Assembly: GCA_041660485.1 (NCBI GenBank)
Contig: JBAZWF010000001.1
Coordinates: forward strand, 474,224 to 538,223
DNA from: Candidatus Pacearchaeota archaeon
GTDB taxonomy: Archaea > Nanobdellota > Nanobdellia > Pacearchaeales > GW2011-AR1
DNA: 64,000 nt
Direction: 5' to 3'
Positions 38,854 through 46,288 of the stretch are shown here, in pieces (position 1 is the stretch's first letter; each line of letters opens with the position of its first letter). Position numbers and translations under genes: made by a program. A model generated the notes under the pieces. The model was given only the letters and a program-made list of their open reading frames with translations. It did not search any database and was not told the DNA's origin.

Positions 38854-39687
38854 ATGGATCAATCAATCCCCATTAAAGAGGCATTTCAAAAAGTTAAAGA
38901 AGATGTATCAAATCTCAAATTTGAACTCTCAAGTATAAAATCTGAGCTTGATGAAATACAGCGTTCTATTTTATTACTTTTGTCATCATTAGATTCAGTT
39001 AAATATCAGCAAAAAACATTTATTCAACAAATTCAACAGACAGACAATCAGACAGACAGACAATCAGACACTTCGACACATAATCAGACACATAATTCGA
39101 CAGAAAACCCTAAAAATTCAACACTTCGACACATAAATAAGACAGAAAAAGCCTCTTCAACACATCCTTCGACACATAATTATGGCTTTCAGGACTTAAA
39201 AGGGTTAAATATCCATATTTCCACAGGAAATAGGGGGGTTTCGACAGACAGACAGACAGACAATCAGACAGACACTTCGACAGGAAATAGGGGGGTTTCG
39301 ACACATCCTTCGACACATAATTTATCCTCGACAATCAAGGAATCTACACAAATTACCTCTCCAAATCCTTTAGCTGTTCTTAATCAGCTTGATAATCTCA
39401 AAAAAGAGATACGTCTTAAATTTAAACGTCTAACTCCTCAAGAAATGCTTGTTTTTTCTTCCATATATCAATTTGAGGATCAAGGTCATCTCGTGGATTA
39501 TACCCTACTTTCAACTCATTTAAACATCTCTGAAAGCTCAATTCGAGATTATATTCAAAGACTCATAATTAAAGGAATTCCCCTCGATAAAGAGAAAATT
39601 AATAACAAAAAAATAGTTCTTCATATCTCGCAGGAATTAAGAAAACTTGCAACCCTTGATACGTTAATTAGCCTAAGAGACCTTTGA
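38854..39687 (+). CDS. coiled-coil / repeat-linker / C-terminal wHTH protein (paralog type A)
   Basis: N-terminal heptad-like 'VSNLKFELSSIKSELDEIQRSI'. Thr/His/Asn/Gln linker built from DNA repeats (TTCGACA x9, two 21-nt and two 18-nt modules). C-terminal 'LTPQEMLVFSSIY...LLSTHLNISESSIRDYIQRLIIKG'. Confidence 0.6.
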   Translation: MDQSIPIKEAFQKVKEDVSNLKFELSSIKSELDEIQRSILLLLSSLDSVKYQQKTFIQQIQQTDNQTDRQSDTSTHNQTHNSTENPKNSTLRHINKTEKASSTHPSTHNYGFQDLKGLNIHISTGNRGVSTDRQTDNQTDTSTGNRGVSTHPSTHNLSSTIKESTQITSPNPLAVLNQLDNLKKEIRLKFKRLTPQEMLVFSSIYQFEDQGHLVDYTLLSTHLNISESSIRDYIQRLIIKGIPLDKEKINNKKIVLHISQELRKLATLDTLISLRDL

Positions 39688-39951
39688 TATCTCTTCCTAA
39701 ATCGCTCTACCGAATAATTATTCCCACTACTTTTTTTATACTTTTCTCTTTTATTTTTCCAAAATTTTTCTTTGAAAACTTGGTTTTAAATTTAACTATT
39801 AATAGATTTAAATAACTTTAGCCCCTACAATCACCTCCTTTACCCACTACATCTTCTCTCTTTTTCCCCTGAGTAATTAATTTTCTTCTTTCCCCAAAGA
39901 AGTAACTAACCTCATTATCATTTATTTTTTTCTTCATTTTTGATATTTTGC

Positions 39952-40240
39952 CTCACTTTTACTTGTTCACTACATTTTTCTTGTTTTTTATCACTTTTTA
40001 ACCACTAACAAACTCTCACTTTTACGTTTTCCCCTATATTTTGCTTACATATTTTATCCTTTTTTCAGTGATCTTTTGCCTATTTAACTCTCACTTTTAC
40101 GTTTTAAGCCCATTTTTCCCCAAAAATAGCTTCTTTAACTCTCACTTTCACTGTTTTGAGCACTTTTTCCCCTATTTTTTACTCTTTTTCTCAGGTTTTA
40201 CTCTCACTTTCACTGTTTTGAGTATTTTTTCCCTCATTTC
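39952..40240. repeat. five direct copies of a CTCACTTT[T/C]AC.. unit (spacing 63/75/51/62 bp) in a pyrimidine-skewed non-coding tract
   Basis: 'ctcact' occurs at 39952, 40015, 40090, 40141 and 40203. Copies 2-3 share 'aactctcacttttacgtttt'; copies 4-5 share '[a/t]actctcactttcactgttttgag'. In addition, '[c/t][c/t]cactac' occurs at 39723, 39843 and 39966 (about 120-bp period). Confidence 0.7.
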
Positions 40241-40789
40241 TCCCGGGATATATACTCTTTTCTTTCCGCTTAGCTCCACAGACTCCTCTATTAGGCCCTC
40301 ACTTTTCTGTTTTATGCTATTTATTTGGCCTCGAATAGTTGACCGAGTTTTTCCTAACATCGCAGCTAAATCATCATAACTTAGCTTAAGATCATTGTTT
40401 GCCAATACCCATATTATTGCTCTTTCAGTTACAGATAAATTTGAAAATCCATTAAAATTACCTGTTTGAACAGCTGTTTGAACAGCTGTTTGAACACCTT
40501 CAACAGCTGTTTGTTTATGATAAACAGGCTTAGCTGTTTTAAACAGCTGCTTAGAAACATTTTCCCCATACATTGCCATAACATCTTTAAGCTGTTCAAT
40601 CTCATCTTTCATCGACGTAATATCTCCCTTAAGCTCATCTAAACGGGTGTTTAAAGTAATATCTTGGTTGTTTAAGTGAGTTACCCAAGCACCAACTTTG
40701 TCAATATCATTTTTTACGAGTTCAAAAGACCTTTTTGTCTCTTCATGCATAGAATTAAGTTCTCTTTTTTTTGAAAACCAGTTAAACAT
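40172..40789 (-). CDS. coiled-coil / repeat-linker / C-terminal wHTH protein (paralog type B)
   Basis: N-terminal 'LNTRLDELKGDITSMKDEIEQLKDV'. Linker 'QTAVEGVQTAVQTAVQT' encoded by tandem CAGCTGTTTGAA. C-terminal 'LSVTERAIIWVLA...LAAMLGKTRSTIRGQINSIKQKS'. The 3' end runs into the repeat array. Confidence 0.6.
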   Translation of the reverse strand: MFNWFSKKRELNSMHEETKRSFELVKNDIDKVGAWVTHLNNQDITLNTRLDELKGDITSMKDEIEQLKDVMAMYGENVSKQLFKTAKPVYHKQTAVEGVQTAVQTAVQTGNFNGFSNLSVTERAIIWVLANNDLKLSYDDLAAMLGKTRSTIRGQINSIKQKSEGLIEESVELSGKKRVYIPGEMREKILKTVKVRVKPEKKSKK

Positions 40790-40828
40790 ATTATTTATTG
40801 ACGGAGATACTATATAAATGTTTCGTTT

Positions 40829-40980
40829 TAAACAGCTGTTTAAACACTCATAAACACCATTTTATTAACTTAAACACCCGCCAATTTGAAAAAAACAGCT
40901 GTTTAAACACCCATAAACACCCATTTTATCGTCGATAAATTAAAAAATATCAAAAAAAACCATAAACACCCTCATTTTCA
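40829..40980. repeat. iteron-like direct repeats upstream of 40172..40789
   Basis: 'aaacagctgtttaaacac[t/c]cataaacacc[-/c]attttat' occurs at 40829 and 40893 (64-bp period), with a third 'cataaacaccctcatttt' at 40961. TAAACAC occurs 6 times in about 130 bp. Confidence 0.7.
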
Positions 40981-41280
40981 TCATTTTCTCCTCATTTTTT
41001 AACCTATTTTTGTCCATTTTTTACAATTTCCTATTTTTTCACAACCTTTTTCTAATTTTTCTTAAATTAAAAATCCTATTTTTGCCCCTTTTTAGGCCTG
41101 TCAAAACCTTTAAATATCTCAAAATCTTAGTACTTTTAGGCTAAAAAAGAGATCAAGAAACAGACTAAACTAGGGTAAGAACTCCCTTAGTTGAGGTTAG
41201 TTGAGTCTATGTTTGTTATGGGCAAAATAGTCAGCTACCTATAAATTAAGTTCACTAAAAAAATAAAAAGAGGTAAAAAA

Positions 41281-41460
41281 ATGGCAAAATTAACAGCATG
41301 GCTGGTGACAGTTATTGGAGTACTTTTAGTGCTAGCTTTAATTGGCGTTGATATAAACAGTTTCGGAATCGCTAATTTAAGTGCATGGCTTATAGCGCTT
41401 TGTGTACTGGTAATTGGTATCACTAAGCTAATGAGAAACTATAACAAAAAGAGAAAATAA
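41281..41460 (+). CDS. 59-aa 2-TM membrane miniprotein (below ORF-track cutoff)
   Basis: My own translation: MAKLTAWLVTVIGVLLVLALIGVDINSFGIANLSAWLIALCVLVIGITKLMRNYNKKRK*. 'agaggt' lies upstream of the ATG. Preferred over the antisense ORF 41235..41423. Confidence 0.5.
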   Translation: MAKLTAWLVTVIGVLLVLALIGVDINSFGIANLSAWLIALCVLVIGITKLMRNYNKKRK

Positions 41461-41659
41461 TTCTCTGAACTAATTTAATTTTCATTTTTAATTAGATAAG
41501 CTTTAGTTAAATATTTTAATCAATGATAGAAAGTTTTAGCAAAGCAAATATGTAGTCTAATTCTATGCACCAAGAGGATTTAATACCCTTAGTGCACAAA
41601 ATTTTCAAAAATCTTAAAATTATCTAAATATTTAAAAAACCACATTCTTAAATATCTTT

Positions 41660-42052
41660 ATGGATTATTCAAAGGACCAAGAAGAACTAAGAAGAGAAGT
41701 ACTTCGTAAAACTTATCTTGTAGATTATATTGGAAATGACTTGACTCCAGGATTTTATGTTGATAGTTCTTCATTTTCTCACTATTATTTTACCGGACAA
41801 ATCTTTTCTGGAAAATTTGCAGTTTGTCATAGCTCATCTGGGACTAATCACCATTTTTCCTCTTCTGCAACAAAAAACTTTCAAAGAATTGAAAACCCTC
41901 AAGAATATTTAAAAAACTTAAGAGAAGATGTAGACTGCCTAGACAAACTTATCAAAAGATATTACCCAGATACCCGCAAACAAAAAGCCTTAGACAAAGA
42001 AGCTCAAGAAGCAGACAAAGATTTAATTAGGCTTGAAGGAGGATTTAAGTAA
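41660..42052 (+). CDS. hypothetical protein
   Basis: 130-aa ORF with no motif. Confidence 0.45.
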   Translation: MDYSKDQEELRREVLRKTYLVDYIGNDLTPGFYVDSSSFSHYYFTGQIFSGKFAVCHSSSGTNHHFSSSATKNFQRIENPQEYLKNLREDVDCLDKLIKRYYPDTRKQKALDKEAQEADKDLIRLEGGFK

Positions 42053-42053
42053 A

Positions 42054-42317
42054 ATGACAAACAAAAACCCTACACTAACCGAGCTAATAAAAGAATCAAT
42101 AGTGGGGAAATACTTTCAAGATACAAGAAATAAAAGTATACTTTTTTGTAATATTGTCGATTTTTCTCCTTCTCAAGAGAGGGATAAACAATATATTGAT
42201 ATTCAAATGTATTCTAACCAAGGAGAAAACCTAGGCAAACATCTGATAAACCTAGCAAACACCAACTTTTACAGAGAAGTGCCAGAACAAGAATTGCCCT
42301 GGATAAAAAAGAGCTAA
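42054..42317 (+). CDS. hypothetical protein
   Basis: The ORF-track start 42033 is a TTG. The ATG at 42054 follows a 'ggagga' SD and lies 1 nt after the upstream stop, which suggests coupling. Confidence 0.4.
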   Translation: MTNKNPTLTELIKESIVGKYFQDTRNKSILFCNIVDFSPSQERDKQYIDIQMYSNQGENLGKHLINLANTNFYREVPEQELPWIKKS

Positions 42318-42377
42318 AACCTTTTGCTTTTGCTTAAATATTTCAGCATAAGGAAAACCTAAGAAAATCTTAAAAAA

Positions 42378-42734
42378 ATGGAAGATAAAAATCAACAAAC
42401 TTATTCCTCATGCAGGTTATGTATAGATTACTCTCCACACTATTCCTCAAGAGAAAAGGGATTCTGTCAAAGAGTAGATGATGCAAATTTTGTCTTTCCA
42501 GCTTACACAGACTCAAGGTTTGAGTGCCATTTTAATAGCCCAAGACATCTAATTTCAGAGCAAGAAGCAGAACAAAGATACCAAGAGGTCCAAGCCAGAC
42601 ACGAGTCTTTTACAAAGTCCTTAGAACAAGCATCAAAGATTGTTCAAAGTTGGCCTGCTTGGAAACAGCAACTTATGCACGAGATAATCCGCCCCCAATA
42701 CGGGCCTAACCTAAGAAAAAATCAGCCAGACTAA
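42378..42734 (+). CDS. hypothetical Cys/His-containing protein
   Basis: 118-aa ORF; 'CRLC...H..........C....' is a possible metal site. Confidence 0.4.
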   Translation: MEDKNQQTYSSCRLCIDYSPHYSSREKGFCQRVDDANFVFPAYTDSRFECHFNSPRHLISEQEAEQRYQEVQARHESFTKSLEQASKIVQSWPAWKQQLMHEIIRPQYGPNLRKNQPD

Positions 42735-42784
42735 TTTTTCTCTATTCCCGACGGAAAACCCCTCATAAATCGCAATATTTATAT

Positions 42785-42833
42785 ACTAAGGGCACCTATA
42801 ATGCACGTGAACAAGGCATTTTATGCCCTTAGT
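42785..42833. promoter_or_regulatory. 10-bp perfect inverted repeat actaagggca / tgcccttagt (29-nt spacer) carrying the recurrent CCCTTAGTGCAC motif
   Basis: Read directly. Related imperfect copy at 41565..41597; CCCTTAGT also at 41184..41191. Confidence 0.55.
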
Positions 42834-42955
42834 GCACGAATATTAGTTAAAGATTAAGTCAATTGACTAATAAAAATATAAAAAAAGAGAAAAATTACAA
42901 GCTAAAACATTTAGTCAAAAACTAAAAGTTTCAGCATGAATAAGTAATACCTAAA

Positions 42956-43630
42956 ATGATAAAAAAATTTAAAAAAGTAGTGGATAAACACCCATCTAAA
43001 CACCTGTTTAAAAGTCAAACAAATACTAAAGAAATTAAAGTAATTATTTTTGATGTTGGAGGAGTTTTGCTAAAAAGTAGAAACAAGTCTATACATGAAT
43101 ATATGTCTAAAAAATTAAAAGTTAGCTTAGAAGATTGGTTTGACTCAATTGAACAATACTGGGATGAAATGATAAAAGATGAATCAACAACTAACTATGG
43201 GTTAACCCAAATAGCAAGACATTATCATATTCCCAAGTATAAATTAGAAGCTATGTTTACTAAAGGTTTTAAAAAAATATTTAGAAAAGACTATAGAATG
43301 TTCAGACTTTTAAAAAAGCTAAAGAAAACCTATAAAATAGCTATACTTTCAGACCAGCTACTAATGTCTTATAATGCCTTTAAAAAATATAGATTTGATG
43401 AAAGAGTTGATTTAGCTATTTGGTCTCATAAAGAAGGGGTTAGAAAACCAAATATTGAAATTTATCAACTTATTGTTAAGCGCTTAAAAGTTCCTGCTGA
43501 AAGTTGTCTGTTTATTGACAACCGGGACTGGAATTTAATACCTGCAAAAAAAATTGGCATGAAGTTTATTCTTTTTCAAAATTTTAGACAGTTGTTTAAT
43601 CAGCTTAAAGTTTTGGGGGTGAAAATATGA
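42956..43630 (+). CDS. HAD-superfamily hydrolase
   Basis: Motif I variant 'IIFDVGGVL', 'ILSDQ', 'KPNIEIY', 'FIDNRDWN'. ATGA overlap with the recombinase gene. Confidence 0.7.
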   Translation: MIKKFKKVVDKHPSKHLFKSQTNTKEIKVIIFDVGGVLLKSRNKSIHEYMSKKLKVSLEDWFDSIEQYWDEMIKDESTTNYGLTQIARHYHIPKYKLEAMFTKGFKKIFRKDYRMFRLLKKLKKTYKIAILSDQLLMSYNAFKKYRFDERVDLAIWSHKEGVRKPNIEIYQLIVKRLKVPAESCLFIDNRDWNLIPAKKIGMKFILFQNFRQLFNQLKVLGVKI

Positions 43631-44379
43631 CTAACCCCTTAGCAGCAATTTATATAAGAGTTTCAACAGAAGATCAGGTAAAATTTGGAATTTCTCTAAA
43701 TGCCCAACAAGAAGCACTTGAAAACTATTGCAAAGCATTAAGCTATGATATTTTTAAGCTCTATAAAGATGAAGGAAAATCAGGCAAGGATCTCACCCAT
43801 CGCCCAGCAATGCAAGAAATGTTAAGGGATGCAGAATCTCATAAATTTCAAGCAATTTTTATTTATAAGCTTGATAGATTTTCAAGAAGTTTAATGGATT
43901 TAATAACTACAATTGACAAACTTAAAACTTTAGGGGTTGATTTTGTTTCTCTACAAGATAAACTTGAAACAACTTCTGCATCAGGTAAATTAATGTTTCA
44001 TATTATCTCTGCATTTGCAGAATTTGAAAGAAATGTTACAAGTGAAAGGACTAAGTTTACCATGTCAAAAAAAGCCCGTGATGGAAGCGTTGTAACCCGT
44101 GCACCTTTAGGCTATAAAATATCTGATAAAAAGCTAGTTCCTGCTGAAAATTCTTTTATCATCTCTGAAATTTATCATAGTTTTATTAATAACAATATAA
44201 GCCTAACTCAACTAAGCAAGAAGTATAATCTTTCTGTTAATGGGCTGAAAAAAGTTCTTACAAATCAGACATATTTAGGTAAAATAAAGTTTAGCGGAGG
44301 AATTTCCCAAGGCACTCATCCTCCTCTTCTTTCAGAAGAGCTTTTTAATAAAGTTCAGGGAAAGCTAAATAAAAGTTAA
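43627..44379 (+). CDS. serine recombinase (resolvase/invertase-type catalytic domain + C-terminal extension)
   Basis: 'AAIYIRVSTEDQ' (catalytic Ser), 'YKLDRFSRS', 'AEFERNVTSERTK'. Confidence 0.85.
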   Translation: MTNPLAAIYIRVSTEDQVKFGISLNAQQEALENYCKALSYDIFKLYKDEGKSGKDLTHRPAMQEMLRDAESHKFQAIFIYKLDRFSRSLMDLITTIDKLKTLGVDFVSLQDKLETTSASGKLMFHIISAFAEFERNVTSERTKFTMSKKARDGSVVTRAPLGYKISDKKLVPAENSFIISEIYHSFINNNISLTQLSKKYNLSVNGLKKVLTNQTYLGKIKFSGGISQGTHPPLLSEELFNKVQGKLNKS

Positions 44380-44403
44380 ATAAAAATCAATTAATTCTAA
44401 TCT

Positions 44404-44907
44404 TTATATAAAGAAATTTCTTACTGTTTTATTAAACCAAAGATAGTATAACAATATTCCATAGATAATCAAGGATATTATTGCTGAAAAAGGATTAAGT
44501 ATAAAGGTCATAAGAGCATTTAATATGCCAAATATAACTAATATTAATGCCACAACATAAGCCCATTTCTTTCCTTTCATTAAATCTCTTCCAATAAACC
44601 ACTCAACACCTCCAATCAATATTGCAATTACTCCTGCAAAAATTATTGTAATAAATGCAATTTCCCCTACAATTACTTGAGAAAGGTCTAAACCCGGAAC
44701 TAGTTGCATAACTTGATCTACCCCAAGCATACCAATTAATGCAGTTCCTGTAATTCCTCCAAGCATCATAAGAAGTCCACTAATTACACTTAATACTGCA
44801 AAAATATAGAATAATATTGATAAAACTTTAACTTCTTTAGGAGCAGATTTTTTAAAGTTATTTTTAATATTCATAACTTTATTTTTTACCTTCCTCTTTT
44901 TAACCAT
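44404..44907 (-). CDS. 4-TM membrane protein, paralog of 45697..46203
   Basis: Shared 'MVKKRK' N-terminus, 'VLSI[LI][FL]YI' first helix, 'GR[DG]L[MW]KG[KQ]KW' loop and 'YYLWFNKTVRNFF'/'WYLFFVEEVKKFF' ends. Confidence 0.55.
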   Translation of the reverse strand: MVKKRKVKNKVMNIKNNFKKSAPKEVKVLSILFYIFAVLSVISGLLMMLGGITGTALIGMLGVDQVMQLVPGLDLSQVIVGEIAFITIIFAGVIAILIGGVEWFIGRDLMKGKKWAYVVALILVIFGILNALMTFILNPFSAIISLIIYGILLYYLWFNKTVRNFFI

Positions 44908-44985
44908 ATCTAATTTAGGTTTTTAACCTTTTTAAATATATCTGATGCAATATATACTTTAGAATATTACCTTAAAAATAAAATA

Positions 44986-45480
44986 TTAAATAAAATTTAT
45001 TTTGTCTCCGATAGAAATATTATTTTTTTCAACTTCCCCTGCATTTAATTCTAAAACATATATTGTATTTTCATTTGGTTTATATATTTCACATTTACTT
45101 TCTTTACAAGGCAGAGCATTTTCTTTAATATAAACAACCTTTTTATTTTCATCAATCCAGATTATATCTAAAGCAATTAAAGTGTTTTTCATCCAGAAAT
45201 TATAAATCCCTTTATCCTCAAAAATAAACAACATGCCACTATTTTCATTTAATTTTTCTCTAAACATTAATCCTCTTTCTCTTTCAACACTTGTTTGTGC
45301 TAACTCTACCGAAAAACAACGCTGTTTGAAGCATACTTTATTTGTTTGAACAGCTGTTTGTTTAATTATTTGCCCTGTTTGAACAGCTGTTTGCTGTTTA
45401 ACTAGATTATAAACAACTAAAAATGTAATGATTATCACTAAAATTATTAATAGATAATTAATTTTATTTAATCTTTTCAT
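44986..45480 (-). CDS. DUF192 family protein with N-terminal anchor
   Basis: 'RERGLMFRE...GMLFIF......FWMKNTLIALDIIWID' pattern. The N-terminal linker carries the QTAVQT/CAGCTG repeats. Confidence 0.7.
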   Translation of the reverse strand: MKRLNKINYLLIILVIIITFLVVYNLVKQQTAVQTGQIIKQTAVQTNKVCFKQRCFSVELAQTSVERERGLMFREKLNENSGMLFIFEDKGIYNFWMKNTLIALDIIWIDENKKVVYIKENALPCKESKCEIYKPNENTIYVLELNAGEVEKNNISIGDKINFI

Positions 45481-45494
45481 AATATTATAGCTAA

Positions 45495-45695
45495 CTAAGT
45501 GACAAAATAAATCTTTCCATAACTAGAATTAAAAATATAAGTTATTTCCCTGCCCCCGTCATTTGTAGGTCCACTAGGAGACATAACTAATTTTTTTCCA
45601 GTTGTTTTTTCTATATATTTTATTACAAAAAATCCAGCTAGGAGTAAGATTAATATAATTATTGTCACAATTAGCACAACTTTCTTTTTGTTCAT
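45495..45695 (-). CDS. small membrane-anchored protein
   Basis: 66-aa ORF with one TM helix. Confidence 0.35.
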   Translation of the reverse strand: MNKKKVVLIVTIIILILLLAGFFVIKYIEKTTGKKLVMSPSGPTNDGGREITYIFNSSYGKIYFVT

Positions 45696-45696
45696 T

Positions 45697-46203
45697 TTAA
45701 GAAAAGAATTTTTTTACTTCTTCAACAAAGAAAAGATACCAGATAATAAAACAATAAACTATTATCGAGATTATATTAAAAAATTTCCCATGGATTAAAC
45801 TTGAAAGTGAGTTAAAAAAGAAAAATACAATCATAATTGTAAATAAAATCCTACTCCATTTTTGTCCTTTCCATAATCCTCTTGCAATAAAAAAGTCAAG
45901 TATTGCTCCTAATATAAAAATAATCCCGATTAAACCAATTAAAGGAACAATTAAATTTTGAAAAGCAACAATTTCTTCCGGAGTATATCCATTTTCTTGT
46001 AATTGGGAGGTAATGTTTGAGGAACTTATTTGGGAATTGATTATATTTCCCTCAAAAATTGTAACTATTACAATTAATAATCCTAAAATTAAACATATTC
46101 CAGAAATAATGTATAATATAATAGATAAAACTTGTACCCCTGCAGGAATTTTTCCTTTATTTACAGGTTTTCCTTCCTTCCTTATCTTCCTCTTTTTAAC
46201 CAT
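45697..46203 (-). CDS. 4-TM membrane protein, paralog of 44404..44907
   Basis: See 44404..44907. Confidence 0.55.
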   Translation of the reverse strand: MVKKRKIRKEGKPVNKGKIPAGVQVLSIILYIISGICLILGLLIVIVTIFEGNIINSQISSSNITSQLQENGYTPEEIVAFQNLIVPLIGLIGIIFILGAILDFFIARGLWKGQKWSRILFTIMIVFFFFNSLSSLIHGKFFNIISIIVYCFIIWYLFFVEEVKKFFS

Positions 46204-46288
46204 TATTTAAATAGTCATAACTTATTTTTAAACCTATCTAGCTTTCAGATATTTTAAAAACCCTTATGGTATCTAAAAAGCAACTAAA

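Noticed and set aside
39110-39334. Antisense 74-aa ORF inside the TCGACA-repeat linker
   Set aside because: It is a shadow of the repeat tract. The sense ORF is continuous for 277 codons and has structured N- and C-terminal domains.
39952-40240. Possibility that the five direct repeats form a CRISPR array
   Set aside because: The repeat units are short and non-identical, spacing is irregular (51-75 bp), 'spacers' share sequence with each other, and no cas operon is present. The only Cas4-like gene is 14 kb away in a mobile element.
40041-40379. 112-aa plus-strand ORF across the pyrimidine-rich repeat array
   Set aside because: Its translation (Phe/Ser/Leu/Pro runs) simply mirrors the T/C-rich direct repeats, and it overlaps the better-supported minus-strand wHTH gene.
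41235-41423. 62-aa minus-strand ORF from the track
   Set aside because: The plus-strand 59-aa ORF (41281..41460) has a purine-rich ribosome-binding-like sequence, a clean 2-TM sequence and a basic tail. The minus-strand translation is Ser/Thr/Ile-rich with no features.
38823-44404. Shared 10-mer aatctttata near 38825 and 44396 as possible att direct repeats of an element
   Set aside because: A 10-nt A/T-rich word is expected by chance in this composition, so it is not sufficient evidence for element borders.
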